A stretch of DNA of 64,000 bases, from the NCBI RefSeq assembly GCF_004010195.1, contig NC_057719.1, forward strand, positions 63,303,378 through 63,367,377, in the 5' to 3' direction. The DNA comes from Chiloscyllium plagiosum. Lineage: Eukaryota. The translations under genes were made by a program, and so were the position numbers. Under the pieces are notes generated by a model. It did not search any database and was not told the DNA's origin. It was given only the letters and a program-made list of their open reading frames with translations. Below are positions 12,910 to 26,582 of this stretch, one piece after another (within the stretch, counting starts at the first letter, position 1; the number at the start of each line of letters is the position of its first letter).

Positions 12910-14205
12910 TATTTTAAGAAGTTTCCCCAAAATGTCCAGTTCTTTGTTCTATTTGGTCCATCTCTGAAATTAAATATTTCTGTCAATATTCTTTCGACTG
13001 CCATTTCTTCCAAATATGATTATTCATCCTTCTTTGATTAAAGCTTTCCAGTTCAGTGTCTTGATACTGTTTTACACTTGTCACTTTAAAGGCTTTGAAT
13101 CCTGTAATATATGAGTGTTGCTTTATTCGCTTTGCCTATGAAACTTTTAAAGTCTGTTGTTTAGCAATGCTGTTTTACTTTCCTTATTTTGAAGGCTTTT
13201 AAAAGTGCAGTTCAGCAAAACTGCTTCACTCTACAGTTTCCTATGTTTTCCCATGTTTTTGCAGCTAGTGTAGAGATTTCACACCTTCCACAGTTAAAAA
13301 GGAGGTTTCTCTCACGGATAATGTGGATGATTCCCTGCCTTGCACAGCCCAGTAAACAATTCTTTTCACTCTGCTTCAATTTTACTGAAATAAATCCTGC
13401 TGCCTTCAACTTTAAAAGTGAATCATCTTTGGATGGCAGTTTTCCTCAGACAATTCTTATTTTAATTGGTGCTTTTAATTGCCAGTTACCTTAGAATTTT
13501 GAGGAGGATTCCCATTTGCTTTAACAGCTTCTCTGAATGAATCCCAGCTCTTAATACGCTTTTCCAGCTTTCATCGTGGCTTAAATTATGGATTTTCCTC
13601 CAGCAATACAGCTTCAATAGTTTCCTCACTTTCTTCTTAGACACTCTCACCCTCTGCTTCTAAGTTGCTCCTTTATCACTTTAATTCTGACTTCATAACA
13701 TTCCAAGTGATATGATCTTGGTATAAATTACTTTAATGACCCTTAATTTCCTTTACTGTATCCCTGCCTTGTGGTGTCTACTAGATATGGTACCAATACT
13801 CAATCAAAGCTGTAAACACATTTTTGCTATTTTTAGCTTTCTTGGTGCTTAACTGTGCCCTTTGTTTTGAATATTTTCCCATGCTATTATTCGCTGAGTC
13901 TCCAGTATCCATTTGCTCTCTATGGCTGAACCACCAGTTGGGAATGCTCACCCATTTCGTCAGTACCTGATTCACTCGAGGGTGCAAGTTTACCAGCTCC
14001 ATGTAAGCTTTTGTGCTTTTCTTACCAGGACTGAAGTATGCATTCTTTCAGACTGTGGACGCTGCCTTTGGAATTGTGCCCAGGCTGTTTGATTGTTAAG
14101 CTGTTTGTGGTGCTGCCTGCCCAAGTTGCTATTAAAACTGTAACTAGAAATTTATTCTGTGTTCACTGGAGTTTATTCGGTGCAGCTAAATAAAATTCCA
14201 GTCTG

Positions 14206-14220
14206 CACCACTGCCTACCA
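14206..14220 (-). promoter_or_regulatory. Putative primer-binding site (tRNA-Leu-like) next to an LTR end
   Basis: Minus strand ...CATAACA|TGGTAGGCAGTGGTG; close to TGGTGGCAGCGGTG, complementary to the 3' end of tRNA-Leu. Confidence 0.6.
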
Positions 14221-14769
14221 TGTTATGAGGACACAACGTCAACCACAGCCAACATATGGTTAGGTAGATAGCCGCCACCATTGACATTCGCTGACAGGTG
14301 CTTCAGGATGTACTTGGCCTGAAGTGATAGAGAAGAACGACTAGATAGTTTAATGAGGTGATGCTCTTGTCTTAGCAGCCAGTTACATTAACAAGACAGA
14401 CATTTTTACTCAGAATATGGGGAGAATGAGGATGAAAGGTACTTTCCAGTACCTGTTCTGGCCCTGCTCCGGGTGGTCAGTCGGGATCTTCTGCACACAG
14501 CGATGAGGAGCTGAATGATGGATAACTCACTACTCATCTGAGTCTTTCTGACCTATTTTGGTGTGTCTTTCTCATGGCAGATATAAGAAAGATGAAGGTG
14601 AAGGTACAAAGTTTTCACCACACTTTGTACCATTCTTTGACAAAGTACCTCGTTATGGGACAATATCTCTCTTTGCACTTAATTTCCCAGGATAACTTCC
14701 CCTTTTGCAATTTCCTCACTTTGTTGAGAGAGTACATAATGTCTGTTATGTTGTATGACTACCCATCAT

Positions 14770-15210
14770 AAACAAAAACGGAAATTGCTGGAAAAGCTCA
14801 GCAAGTCTGGCAGTATCTGTGAGGAAAATCAAAGTTAATGTTTGGGTCAAGTGAGCCTTCCTCTGAACTGATAATAGCTTGGAAAATGTTGGTTTATATG
14901 CAGAAGATAGGGTGGAGGGAGGGGTAAGGAGTGAATGGTAAATGGGGATAGAGCCCAATGAGGGAGAAGAACAGTTGGACAGACAAAGGAGTGGATAACG
15001 ATCTGGGTGGGAGGGTGAATAGCTGTTAATGGAGACTGTTAGCGGCTAACAATGGGGTGTGTTTAAAAGTGTGTGGTGATTGAGGTAAGGACATGGGAGA
15101 GCTCAAGCCCTAAACTTATTGAACTTGCTGAGACATTTGTATCATTGATAGTCACAGGTGACTTGATATTGAGTCCAGAAGGTTGTAGAGTTTCCAAGAG
15201 AAAAATGAAG
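14770..15210 (-). mobile_element. PLE 3' fragment (Neptune-like family)
   Basis: gctggaaaagctcagcaagtctggcagtatctg terminus shared with 37800 and 63635; degenerate hammerhead at ~14835-14870. Confidence 0.65.
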
Positions 15211-15211
15211 C

Positions 15212-16765
15212 GCAGGTGAGATGCTGGAAGATTAGAGGTTGGCTAACGTAGTGCCACTGTTTAAGAAGGATGGTAAGGACAAGCCAGGGAACTATAGACC
15301 AGTGAGCCTGATATCAGTGGTAGGTAAGTTGTTGGAGGGAATCCTGAGGGATAGGATGTACATGTACTTGGAAAGGCAAGGACTGATTAGGGATATGCTG
15401 CCTGACCTGCTGCGCTTTTCCAGCAACACATTTTCAGCTCTGATCTCCAGCATCTGCAGTCCTCACTTTCTGCTCACTGATTAGGGATAGTCAACATGGC
15501 TGTGTGCATTGGAAATTATGTCTCATAAACTTGATTGAGTTCTTTGAAGAAGTAACAAAGAGGATTGATGAGGGCAAAGTGGTGGACATGATCTATATGG
15601 AATTCAGTAAGGTGTTTGACAAGGTTCCCCATGGGAAACTGGTTAGCAAGGTTAGATCTCATTGAATAGAGGGAAAACTAGCAATTTGGATACAAAACTG
15701 GCTGAAAGGCAGAAGGCAGAGAGTAGTGGTGGAGAGTTGTTTTTCAGACTGGAGGCCTGTGACCAGTGGAGTGCCACAAGGATCGGTGCTGGGTCCACTA
15801 CTTTTCATAATTTACATAAATGATTTGGATGTGAGCATAAGAGGTACAGTTAGTAAGTTTGCAGATGACACCAAAATTGGAGGTGTAGTGGACAGCAAAG
15901 AAGGTTACCTCAGATTACAATGGGATCTTGATCAAATGGGCTAATGGGCTGAGAAGTGTCAGATGGAGTGTAATTTAGATAAATGCGAGATGCTGCAATT
16001 TGGGAAATCAAATCAAAGCAGGACTTATACACTTAATGGTAAGGTCCTGGGGATTGTTGCTGAACAAAGAGACCTTGGATTGCAGTTTCATAGCTCCTTG
16101 AAAGTGGAGTCACAGGTAGATAGGATAGTGAAGAAGGTGTTTGATAGGCTTTCCTTTATTTGTCAGTGCAGTGAGTATAGGAGTTGGGAGGTCATGTTGC
16201 GGCTGTACAGGACATTGGTTAGGCCACTGTTGGAATATTGCATGCAATTCCAGTCTCCTTCCTATCGAAAGGATATTGTGCAACTTGAAAGAGTTCAAAA
16301 AAGACTTACAAGGATGTTGCCAGGGTTGGAGGATTTGAGCTATAGGGAGAGATTGATAAGGTTGGGCTGTTTTCCCTGGAGCGTCAGAGGCTGAGGGGTG
16401 ACCTTATAGAAGTTTATAAAATCATGAGGGGCATGAACAGGATAAATAGACAAAATCTTTTCTCTGAGGTGCAGGAGTTCAGCACTAGAGGGCATAGGTT
16501 TAGGGTGAGAGGGGAAGGATATAAAAGAGAACTGAGGGGCAATTTTCATGCAGAGGGTGGTCCGTGTATGGAATGAGCTGCCAGAGGAAGTGGTGGAGGC
16601 TGGTATAATTGCAAAAGGCATCTGGATGTGTATGTGAATAGAAAGGGTTTACAGGGATATAGGCCAGATGCTGGCAGGTAAGAATATATTGGGTTGGGTT
16701 ATCTGGTCGGTATGGACGAGTTGGACTGAAGGGTCTGTTTCCATGCTGTACATCTCTATGACTCT
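15212..16765 (+). mobile_element. 5'-truncated CR1/HER1 LINE
   Basis: ANVVPLFKK..PGNYRPVSL, GVPQGSVLGP, FADDTK; tail catctctatgactcta. Confidence 0.95.
15396..15475 (+). mobile_element. 80-bp PLE terminal fragment inserted in CR1
   Basis: 14-bp TSD actgattagggata (15382-15395, 15476-15489); sequence matches 31016-31094. Confidence 0.9.
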
Positions 16766-17989
16766 AAGTACTGTTGTAGTTTGCAATACTTTATAAAATG
16801 AGATCCAAAGAGTTCCTTCTAAATTCTTTGTGCTGTTTTTCTGCCTAAGGGATTATCTCTTACTTTTTTCCCCTCACATTCTATTTTTATGAATTATTTC
16901 TTGGCTAAAGTTGAGCATGTTATGAGTTTCCTGCCAATGGCAGTCTTGGTGAGAGACGGGGGTCACCTGTTCATTGACACCATATGATTGACTGTCGTGG
17001 GACTGGAAATTCATTGCATGCGAATGAGAATGAATCTGCATTCTACCACTAAGGTATTTGAGCATATCAGAGCTGAAACCAGCCGTATAAATTATCCTTT
17101 AAAAGTATCCTTCAAAAGAATGCAGGATGGCATTGAGAGTTTGATAAGCCCCTTTATCTTTTATTCTGTTTCTTTTTAAATTGCTATACTGGACTATGAG
17201 AATGTTCTTAAATTGATACATCTGGTATTCTGTGTATATCCACCAATGCATTTACATTTTAGTAGCCTTCTCTGCTGACAGGACCACTGGGAGCTTACTC
17301 GGATGCACTGTGATAAGATATGCTGAAATGTTGAGCTGACTTTTCTACGTTCTGGCTGTGCCATTTCTATTGAGTTTCATGGAGTGTTTCCCTCCACAAA
17401 ATCTGACAATTTTTCTCATGCGATCATCCCAACCACACCCCTGTTGTAGTACCCCTCTTGTTCGATGCGAGCCCAATTCTTCTACTCACCGTAGCTGCAT
17501 GCACGTGGCAGTGCCAGTACATATTCCAGTATCGCTAGCACCTGCACTATCTTTGACCAGGAGCCACACGCCCAATCAAACATTGGCTGTCTGCAATTAC
17601 CCTCCATTATGGCAAAGCAACCACAAATCAGTATCTCTCACAACAGATAGGTGGCACAGCTGACACATCATTGCAGATATAATTGCACATTCCTACATCT
17701 ACGGCTGTTAAACACAGGCCACACAGCTAATCTGTCCTCAGCCACATTCCCTCATATCACTCTAAATCGCTAAAATTCTTTACGCAATGCACACAGTAGC
17801 CCATCATCTTATCATTGTTCAACATGGGACTGACACATCAAGGGAAGAGCACAAATGGTTAAAAACATTCACCTTTATTAACTGACACCAAAAGCGAACA
17901 GACATCAAACAACCAGAAGCTGCAGTTGCCCCTCAGAAAAGAAACAAACTGCTTGCAAATTGAATGATCATTGCACCCAGATCTTATCT

Positions 17990-20900
17990 ACTGGAACCGG
18001 TGCCAATGTCCAGCATGTAGTGGCCGACGCTGAAGTACTGAATTAGGTCATGCAGAAGGTGATGTTCCTTCTCTTCAATGTCCCCATCCTCTTCTTCCCA
18101 TTTGCTGAGAGGTGAGAGGGAGGAGCGAAGGACTTCTGGGAAGGTTTTAAGTGGGTGAGATCTAAACCCGAGACCCTACACCGTAGGGCCTCCCTCCCTC
18201 CCACCTCCTCTAACCTTAATAAGAGACTGTAAACTAGGTAAGTTTTCAGGTTTCTCTTTTTTTTTCTTCTCTTCCTTTGTTTAGTTCTGTGCAGGCTTTC
18301 AGAGTAGCGGGATATGGATGTTAGGGCAGTTGCATGTTCCTCCTGCAGAATGTGGCAAATGAGAAACATTTCGCATGTCTCTGCCGACTACATCTGAGGG
18401 AAGCACACCCAACTCTAGCTCCTCGAAAACAGAGTTAGGGAACTGGAACTGGAGCTGGATGAACAACAGATCATCCGGGAGGCTGAGGGGGAAATTGAGA
18501 GGATGTACAGGGAGGTGGTCACTCCCCAGACACAGGATAAGGACAGTTGGGTTACTGTCAGGGAACCGACGGTCAGAGCAGGGATCCCCTGTGACCGTTC
18601 CCCTCAGCAATAAGTATAACGTTTTCGATACTGCTGGTGGGGATGGCCTACCAGGGGAAAGCCATAGCTGTCAGGTCTCTGGCACTGAGCCTGGCATGGT
18701 GGCTCAGAAGGGGGGGGAAATAGAAACGTGCTAGTGGTAGGGGACTCAATAGTTAAAATGATTGACAGGAGATTTTGTGGTCAGGAACGAGACTCCCAGA
18801 AGGTATGTTGCCTCCCCATGTGCCAGGGTCTGGGATGTCACCGATCGGGTTTACAAGATTCTGAAGGGGGAGGGTGAGCAGCCAGAAATCGTGGTACATA
18901 TTGGCACCAATGATATAGCCAGGAAAGGGATTAAGTACACAGAGCTAGGTTGGAAGCTGACGAGCAGGATGAGTAGTGACCTCAGGTTTGCTACTGGTGC
19001 CACGAAATAGTGAGTTGAGGAACAGTCAGAGAATGCAGCTTAACACATGGCTGCGAGGCTGTGCAGGAGGGAGGGCTTCAGATACCCTGACCATTGGGAT
19101 ACCTTCTGGGGAAGGTGGGACCTGTACATGAAGGACGGGGTTGCACCTGAACTGGAGGGGCACAAATGTCCTGAGTGGGAGATTTGCTCGTGTGATTCAG
19201 GAGGGTTTAAACTAGTTTGGCAGGGGGGTGGGAATCAGAGTCTGAGAGGGGGTCAGTTGCAGATGGGACAGTGACAGGATATATTGAATCTATCAGGAGG
19301 GTTTCTCACGTGATGAAACAAAGGGATCAGTTAAAATGTGTTTGCTTTAATGCAAGGAGCGGCCAAAGTAAGAGTGACGAACTTAGAGCATGGATCAGTA
19401 CTTGGGGCTACGATGTTGTGGCCATAATAGAGGCGTGGGTTTCACAGGGGCAGGAATGGTTGCTTGATGTTCCAGGGTTTAGAACGTTTAAAAAGAACAG
19501 GGAGGGTGGGAAAAGAGGTGGGGACGTAGCATTGTTAATTAGAGAGTGCATCACAGTTACAGAAATGAAGGTTGTTGAGAAAGGTTTGTCTACTGAGTCA
19601 GTCTGGGTGGACGTTAGGAACAGCAAAGGAACAGCCACTACATTGGGGGTTTTCTACAGACCACCTAATAGCAGTACAGAGATTGAAGATCTCATAGGCG
19701 GGCAGATTCTGGAAAAATGCAAAAGTAGCAGAGTCGTTGTTCTGGGTGATTTCAACTTTCCCAATATCGACTGGAAACTCCTAAGTACCGATGGTTTGGA
19801 TGGAGCTGTTTCGGTCAGGTGTGTTCAGGAGGGTTTCCTTACTCAGTATGTAGACAGACCGACGAGGGGGGAGGCCATTTTGGATATGGTGCTCGGCAAC
19901 GAGCCAGGACAGGTGTCAGATCTCATGGTGGGAGAGCACTTTGGTGAAAGTGACTACAACTGCCTCACATTTACCATAGCCTTGGAGAGTGAAAGGAGCA
20001 GTTACCAAGGGAAGATATTTAATTGGGGAAAAGGAAATTATGATGCTATCAGACAGGAATTGAAAAAGGGCACAGCAGACTATTTAGGGTGCAATTGTTG
20101 TGAGTGATGCACAAATCTGTTCCTCTGAGACAGGTAAGAACGGGTAAGATTAAGGAACCTTGGATGACGAGAACAGAGGAACTTCTTGTCAAAAGGAAGA
20201 AGGCAGTTTACGTAAGGTGAAGGAAGCAAGGATCTAGCACAGCTTTAGAGGATTACAGGCTTGCTAGAAAGGAGCTCAGAAATGGACTGAGGAGAGCCAG
20301 GAGGGGGCATGAAAAAGGCTTTACAAGAAGGATTAGGGAGAACCCAAAGGCATTTTATTCATAAGTGAGGAAAAAGAGAATGATCAGGGAGAAGGTAGGG
20401 CTGATCAGGGATAGCAGATGGAACTTGTGCGTAGAGTCTAAGCTGATGGGGGAAGCCCTAAATGGGTTTTTTGCTTCGGTTTTCACCAAGGAAAGGGAAC
20501 TTGTTGTAAATGAAAACTTTGAGGAGCTGGGATAGAGGCTTGATCAGATCAAGATTGATGAAGTTGATGTGTTAGAAATTTTGGAAAACATTAAGATTGA
20601 TAAGTCCCCAGGGCCAGACCAGATTTATCCTAGGCTGCTCCAGAAAGCGAGAAAGGAGGTTACTAAGCCGCTGGCGAGGATATTTGCCTCCTCACTCTCC
20701 ACAGGAGTCATACCGGAGGATTGGAAGGAGGCGAATGTTGTTACTCTTTTCAAGAAGGGTAATAGGGAAATCCCTGGCAATTACAGACCAGTCAGTCTTA
20801 CATCTGTGGTCAGCAAAGTTTTGGAAAGAATTCTGAGGGATATGATTCATAACTATTTGGCAAAGCATAGTGTGATTAAAGGCAGTCAGCATGGCTTTGT

Positions 20901-23200
20901 GAGGGGCAGGTCATGCCTCACAAATCTTATTGAGTTCTTTGAGGAAGTGTCATGACAGGTCGACGACGGTCGAACAGTGGATGTGGTGTATATGGACTTC
21001 AGCAAGGCATTTGCTAGGGTCCCCCATGGTAGAGTCATTCATAAAGTCAGGAAGTATGGGATACAGGGAGATTTGGCTATCTGGATGCAGAATTGGCTGG
21101 CTGACAGAAGGCAGAGAGTAGTTGTAAATTGCAAGTATTCTGCGTGGAGGTCAGTGTTGAGTGAGGTCCCACAGGGGTCTGTTCTTGGGCCTCTGCTCTT
21201 TTTAGTTTTTATAAATGACTTGGATGAGAAGGTTGAGGGGTGGCTTAGTAAATTTGCAAATGACACAAAGGTTGGAGGTGTCATCGATAGTATAGAGGGC
21301 TACTGCAGGCTGCAGCACGACATAGACAGGATGCAGAGCTGGGCTGAGAAATGGCAGATGGAGTTCAACCTGGATAAATGTGAAGTGATGCATTTTGGAA
21401 GGTCAAACCCGAATGCTGAATATAGGATTAAAGACAGGATTCTTGGCAGTGTAGAGGAACAGAGGGATCTGGGTGTGAAGGTACATAGATCCCTCAAAGT
21501 TGCCACCCAAGTGGATAGGGTTGTTAAGAAAGCATATGGTGTTTTGGCTTTCATTAACGGGGGATCGAGTTTAAGAGCCGCGAGGTTTTGCTGCAGCTCT
21601 AAAAGTCCCTGGTGAGACCACATTTGGAATATTGTGCCCAGTTCTGGTCGCCCTACTATAGGAAAGATACAGAGGCTTTGGAGAGGGTGCAACGAAGGTT
21701 TACCAGGATGCTGCCTGGACTGGAGAGCTTGCCTTATGAAGAAAGGTTGAATAAGCTCGGACTTTTCTCTCTGGAGAGAAGGAGGAAGAGAGGAGACCTG
21801 ATCGAGGTGTACAAGGTAATGAGTGGAATAGATAGAGTCAATAGCCAGAGACTTTTCTCCAGGGCAGGATTGACTGGTACGAGGAGTCATAGTTTGAAGA
21901 TATTAGGAGGAAGGTATAAAGGAGAGGTTAGAGGTAGGTTCTTTATGCAGAGAGTTGTGAATGCATGGAATACGTTGCCAGCTGTGGTGGTGGAAGCAGA
22001 GTCATTGGTGACTTTTAAGCGACTACTGGACATGCACGTGGATAACAGTCAGTTAAGTTAGTATATTTTACATTAGGATTAAATCTCGGCACAACATTGT
22101 TGGCCAAAGGGCCAGTTCTGTGCTGTACTTTTCTATGTTCTATGTTCTAAAAGATAGCTCCAACTGTCTCTGCTCAACAGCATCCATCACACCCTTCCTT
22201 TTCCTGCTCCAGTTGTGTAGAGTACAGATTGCAAGGATTATGTGGCACACCCTATCTCAGATTTCCCGCAAAGCCCCAACCACACTTATCCAAACAGGGG
22301 ATCTCCAGGATACTTATCATCTGCTCCACAATTGGCCATGGTCAGAGAAGGGCTGTGTTGTATCTGTACTTGGCCTCAGTCAGGGAGTTGTGTAACAGAG
22401 TCATCAGCCATGATTGCAGAGGGTAGCCTTTGGCCCCCTGTAATCATCCTTGTAAGGAATCAGGCTCTTCAAATGCAGTAGGAATGTGATGGTTCTCAAG
22501 GATTTACGTATCATGACAGCTCCCAAGTTACTAGGCGCAAAGTTTGAATAAATGGAACCGATGATCACAGATTCCTTGGTCATTGATGGAATGGAAACCA
22601 TCCCTATTGGTGAACTTGCCTGTGTTGTGTTCTGGCCACCTGAATATGATGTGAATACTGTCTATAGCACCCTGCACCTGGGGACATCCAGCTATGGTCC
22701 TCAATCCTACTGCCCAGGCCGCAGCACTGACCTCACCTAGGGGGAATAATACAACAATGTGATCTGGCACAAAAGACATCAGTAACAGTCTTGATGCACT
22801 TGAGGATAGACAACAGAGAGATACAACACAGGCCCCTGGTCACCTAAAAGAGCATTGCAGCTATCAGTTTGATGACCACTGGGGTAGGATGGCTACCCAC
22901 ACTTTCAGGTCACGGCTGCCACTCCAGCAGTTAGCATAACTCAGTGACAGTGTCCTGAGACATCTTCAGTCTGTACTGGAATTATGCCTTGTTCCCCTGG
23001 AGGAAATAGCATCAAGGCGATTAGACTCTGCCCATCCTGTATCACCTGCACATCCTGAAGGCAACTTCTGCTGTGACTTCTCCACGTGAAGTCTATATGA
23101 CATGTGCTGGAGGTCTTTGCTGGTTTGAAACTTGCTGGTGCATTGGTCGCTCTTTCATTTCTCTGTTGTTGCTGCATCAGTGACAATATCCTATTTTGCA
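17990..23200 (-). mobile_element. PIF/Harbinger transposase relic, interrupted by CR1 (parts ~22150-23200 and ~17990-18105)
   Basis: IAGCPQVQGAIDSIH..FTNRDGFHSINDQGICDH (22531-22700); PCLDK.G / DRVCHIILAICTLHN (~22210-22300); acidic tail EEEDGDIEEKEHHLLHDLIQYFS on the far side of the CR1. Confidence 0.85.
18105..22150 (+). mobile_element. Near full-length CR1 LINE (5'UTR, ORF1 zinc-finger/coiled-coil/esterase, ORF2 APE+RT), inactivated
   Basis: ORF1 ATG 18314 MDVRAVACSSCRMW, LVVGDS, VHIGTND; APE YRPPNS..GDFNFPNIDW; RT NYRPVSL, QHGF, PQGSVLGP, FANDTK; (ttctatg)n tail; several stops and frameshifts. Confidence 0.95.
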
Positions 23201-25619
23201 GCTTGATCCATTAGTCATACTTGCAATGAGCCTGTGTGGGGAGCAAAAGGATCAGAAGAGTTCCTTAGTGATGTGAGTCATCAGCATTCACATCATTCAT
23301 AATGACAGCTTTACATATTGCTCCATACAGTTGGACACAGAGCACTCTGATAAGAGAGCCATGCAATGGCTCTAGATGGGACTTTAACATCAGACCTTTT
23401 TCCAATGAAAGCACCACCAGTCAGTCATGTCACAGAGAGACAGCTGGATATTGCAAAAGCTGCAAGAGTATTGACTCTTCACCTTCCACCTCCATGTCAA
23501 TCTGAAAGGCACAAGTATGGCTTATATTATAATCACAAATCAAGTTTAGAAGTAATCAGTTCATTGTGCAGGCTATGAGATCTTGCACTAACTTTAAGTT
23601 TTTGTGGCTTGCCAGTGCTTCTTTTAAGGCTCCTGGGATTAACCCTTCTTCACAGAGATGTCTCTTCAATCTGCAATGATCAATGATATGGTCAAAGTTA
23701 CTACGGATCTGTATTTACATTGTTGGATGACTGCATCTGGGCAAGTGGGGAGTATTCCATCTGGCTTGTGCCGTGCAGATGATGGCCAGGTTTTGGGGAC
23801 ACAGCAGGACTGTTACCTGCTGCAGAATTCATAGGCTCTGACCTGCTGCATGCCAATCATGCCCAACCAACCCCTGTTTACAAGCTTCCAAAAAATATAT
23901 GTACCATTAGATTTCTGCTATTGGAAATGATTTCTTAAATAATCCAGACTGTGCTAAGAGTTACAGCAGATCCAATTTTAAATCATCACTTGGGCTCGCA
24001 GTGTGATGAATTCGCACTTGCTCGAAGCTACACGCATAAGTACTCAGGGCCATGTTTTATCTAGGAAAAAGAGATTTATATATACTTTTACACCTTTTTT
24101 TTATAAAAGGGAATCATAGAGATAGTCAATGAACCTTTTTTGCTCAAATAATGCTGCTCTTGATAATGTCAATCTTGACTAGTGCACACTCTATACAATG
24201 TAACCTTATGCCTGTGTCTAAGTCATTTTGATCTGTACATCTTTGCTTACTATGATCTGCCTCTACTGCTCATGAACAAGCTTTTCACTGTACTTCGGTA
24301 CACGTGCCAATAAATCAATCAATTAATCAATCTCTGTTACATCTCCAAGGCAAAGCTGGAAGTAATCTGAACCCACCTGTCAGGTCTGAGAATTAAATTT
24401 GACAAGTGACTGTTCTTGCTGCCAATGATGGTCTAATCAATCAGCTCTCCCTTCTCATGCTGTATAAAGTGATGTTCCTTTCTTGAAATCTTTTTCTTGT
24501 GTCCCAGTTCTGATGAGTGCATGATGTAATTTTCAATTTCTTGTCTCCTTTTCAAAATCCAAATGAAATTGCAAAATTTGGTGTGGGAAAATGATGTACA
24601 CCAATCCCTGGAGTGCCCATTGGTTTAGAAAGTGTACCAGCATACACCATATGCTCCGTTGCTAGGACTACCTGGGAACCCAGTCCCTTTTTGTGTGTGC
24701 TTAAGTTACTTTATTTATAATACCCTTCATCTGTTTCTCCTTTGTTTTAACAATACAATTAACATCAGTGTAGGTTGTGATATGGATCTGAGGCCACACT
24801 CAGAGCAGTCATGATCTGATTGAAGATTGATGCAGGCTGAAATGAATAAATGGGCTACTCATTCTCCAAAATCATACATAAAGCTTCAATTAAGAATGAG
24901 TTTTGACTGGACCTATATTTGTGTTATGTCTCACAGCAGTGTGTGATCCACCTTTAAGGCATATGCTCATGATGTTAAAAATATGTGACTTAATGGTACA
25001 GAGCTCACAGTCTCCATCTTTCTGAGATCTGTTCCCTTGCAGCATGACAATGGAATATGCTACAGTACATATAAGTTGCTCAGCATGAGCCTAGACACAC
25101 AAGTGCTTATGATTGTAACATACATATCATAGCAGGCTCTCAGCTCGGCATGGTGATCTCTCAGTGGCCTGGCCTGGTGATCTCTCAGCCTGGCATAGCC
25201 TCAGTGTGGACTTCTGGTCTCAAAGTGATTCCTCAAAGTGCAGTTCCACTGTGGTTAAGCACTTAAGAAAGACTGTAATGTTTGAACTTTTCTGCTTTAT
25301 TTCGTTATTTTCTGCTTAAAACTAAGAAGGTCTGCAATGTGTAACTTTTACCCTTATCTTGTATATTTTACACTATACTATAATTATTGCAATGTTTAAC
25401 TTTTAACTTTGCTCTTTCTTTCTAGCTTGCTCTTGAGATTCTGTTCCTAGGTACTTGCATCTAAGATGGCGCCTTGTGTGGCAACATTATAAACTTTTCA
25501 CTGTTCTCCTATACTTATGCACTTGAGTATATGTGACAATAAAATCAAAATCAAATCAAATACATATTTAAGTACCAGGTGAATAATAAAAAGAAATCAA
25601 ATTATTCAGTAATACATGA

Positions 25620-26147
25620 CCCAAGGAAATTCAGCATGTCCATAAACACACTTACCAATTTTTATAGATGCAGCATAGAAAGCATTCCATCAGGATGCAG
25701 CACAGCTTGCTCTGCCCAGGACCATAAGAAACAGCAGAAAGTTGTGAACACAACACAGCCCATCACTCTAGCCAGCGTTCCACGTATTGAGTGCATCTAT
25801 ACTTCTTGCTGCCTAGAGAAGGCAGCCAACATTATCAAAGACCCGACCCACCCGGTTATAATCTCTTCCAACCTCTCCCGTCAGGCAGAAGACACAGAAA
25901 GCTTAAACACAAGTTCCAATAGATTCAAAAACAGCTTCTTGCCTGCTGTTATTAGACTTCTGTGTGGACCTCCCAAATTTTAAGTTTAAATGTTGATCTC
26001 ACTCTTTGCGCACCGCTGCAGCCATAGCATTGTATTTTCACTCTGTTCTATTACCCTTATGCACTTTGAATGGTATGATCTGCCTGTACTGCATGAGGAA
26101 CCTTTTACTGTACCTCGGTACATGTAACAATAATGAATCAAATCAAA
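25620..26147 (+). mobile_element. Rex1/Babar-like LINE 3' fragment
   Basis: TLTNFYRCSIES..KAANIIKDPTHP..NRFKNSFLPAVIRLL followed by (aatca)n tail. Confidence 0.8.
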
Positions 26148-26163
26148 TCACAGTTAACATTAG

Positions 26164-26582
26164 TACAGGTCGTTCTGCTATGACGCACGTTTCACAGAAT
26201 CACACAGTCCCTACAGTGTGGAAACAGGCCATTTGGCCCAACAAGTCCACACCGACCCTTCGAAGAGTATCCCACCCAGACCCATTCCCTGACCCTATTA
26301 CTCTACAGTTCCCCTGACTGATGCACCTAGCCTACACCTCCCTGAACGCTATGGGTAATTTAGCATGGTCAATTCACCTAGCGATGAATGTGAATTCACT
26401 GTAATGCAACTGACGAACTGGGGACACTGTTTCTAAAATGTGAACTTTTAAAACCTGTGTTGGCTGTAATGCAATTACATCACCAACACTTTAAGTGCTG
26501 TTTCTAAAGCGCAATTTTTCTATAACATAGGATTGCACAAGAATGCAACCATCGCGTTATAGATCATAGCAGATCATTGGTA
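26164..26582. mobile_element. Tc1/mariner-pogo-type MITE relic with an HE1 SINE (~26195-26382, minus strand) inserted
   Basis: TA+caggtcgttctgctatgacgc at the left end; degenerate inverse gcgttatag..atagcagatcattgg+TA at the right end. Confidence 0.55.

Larger units (their letters stand above)
10640..14220 (-). mobile_element. Decayed Ty3/Gypsy (Mag-like) LTR retrotransposon internal region: gag, protease, pol remnants
   Basis: Minus strand: gag N-terminus MAVERILTEIFNFRDGPN..NWTFW..KYRIASKL..VLALLYS (start ~13004, split by a PLE); paired zinc-knuckle relics CQHC..H / GHLHKMC (~12350-12450); protease-like WQDVIYVNGYQINFKFD (~12165-12215). Lower boundary uncertain. Confidence 0.75.

Noticed and set aside
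10640..14200. Endogenous non-retroviral virus or foamy virus (A-rich minus strand)
   Set aside because: Gag, zinc-knuckle and protease motifs fit a Mag-like Gypsy element; no env or viral polymerase motifs seen
22150..22800. HARBI1 host gene
   Set aside because: Contains stops and frameshifts and is interrupted by a LINE; a transposon relic
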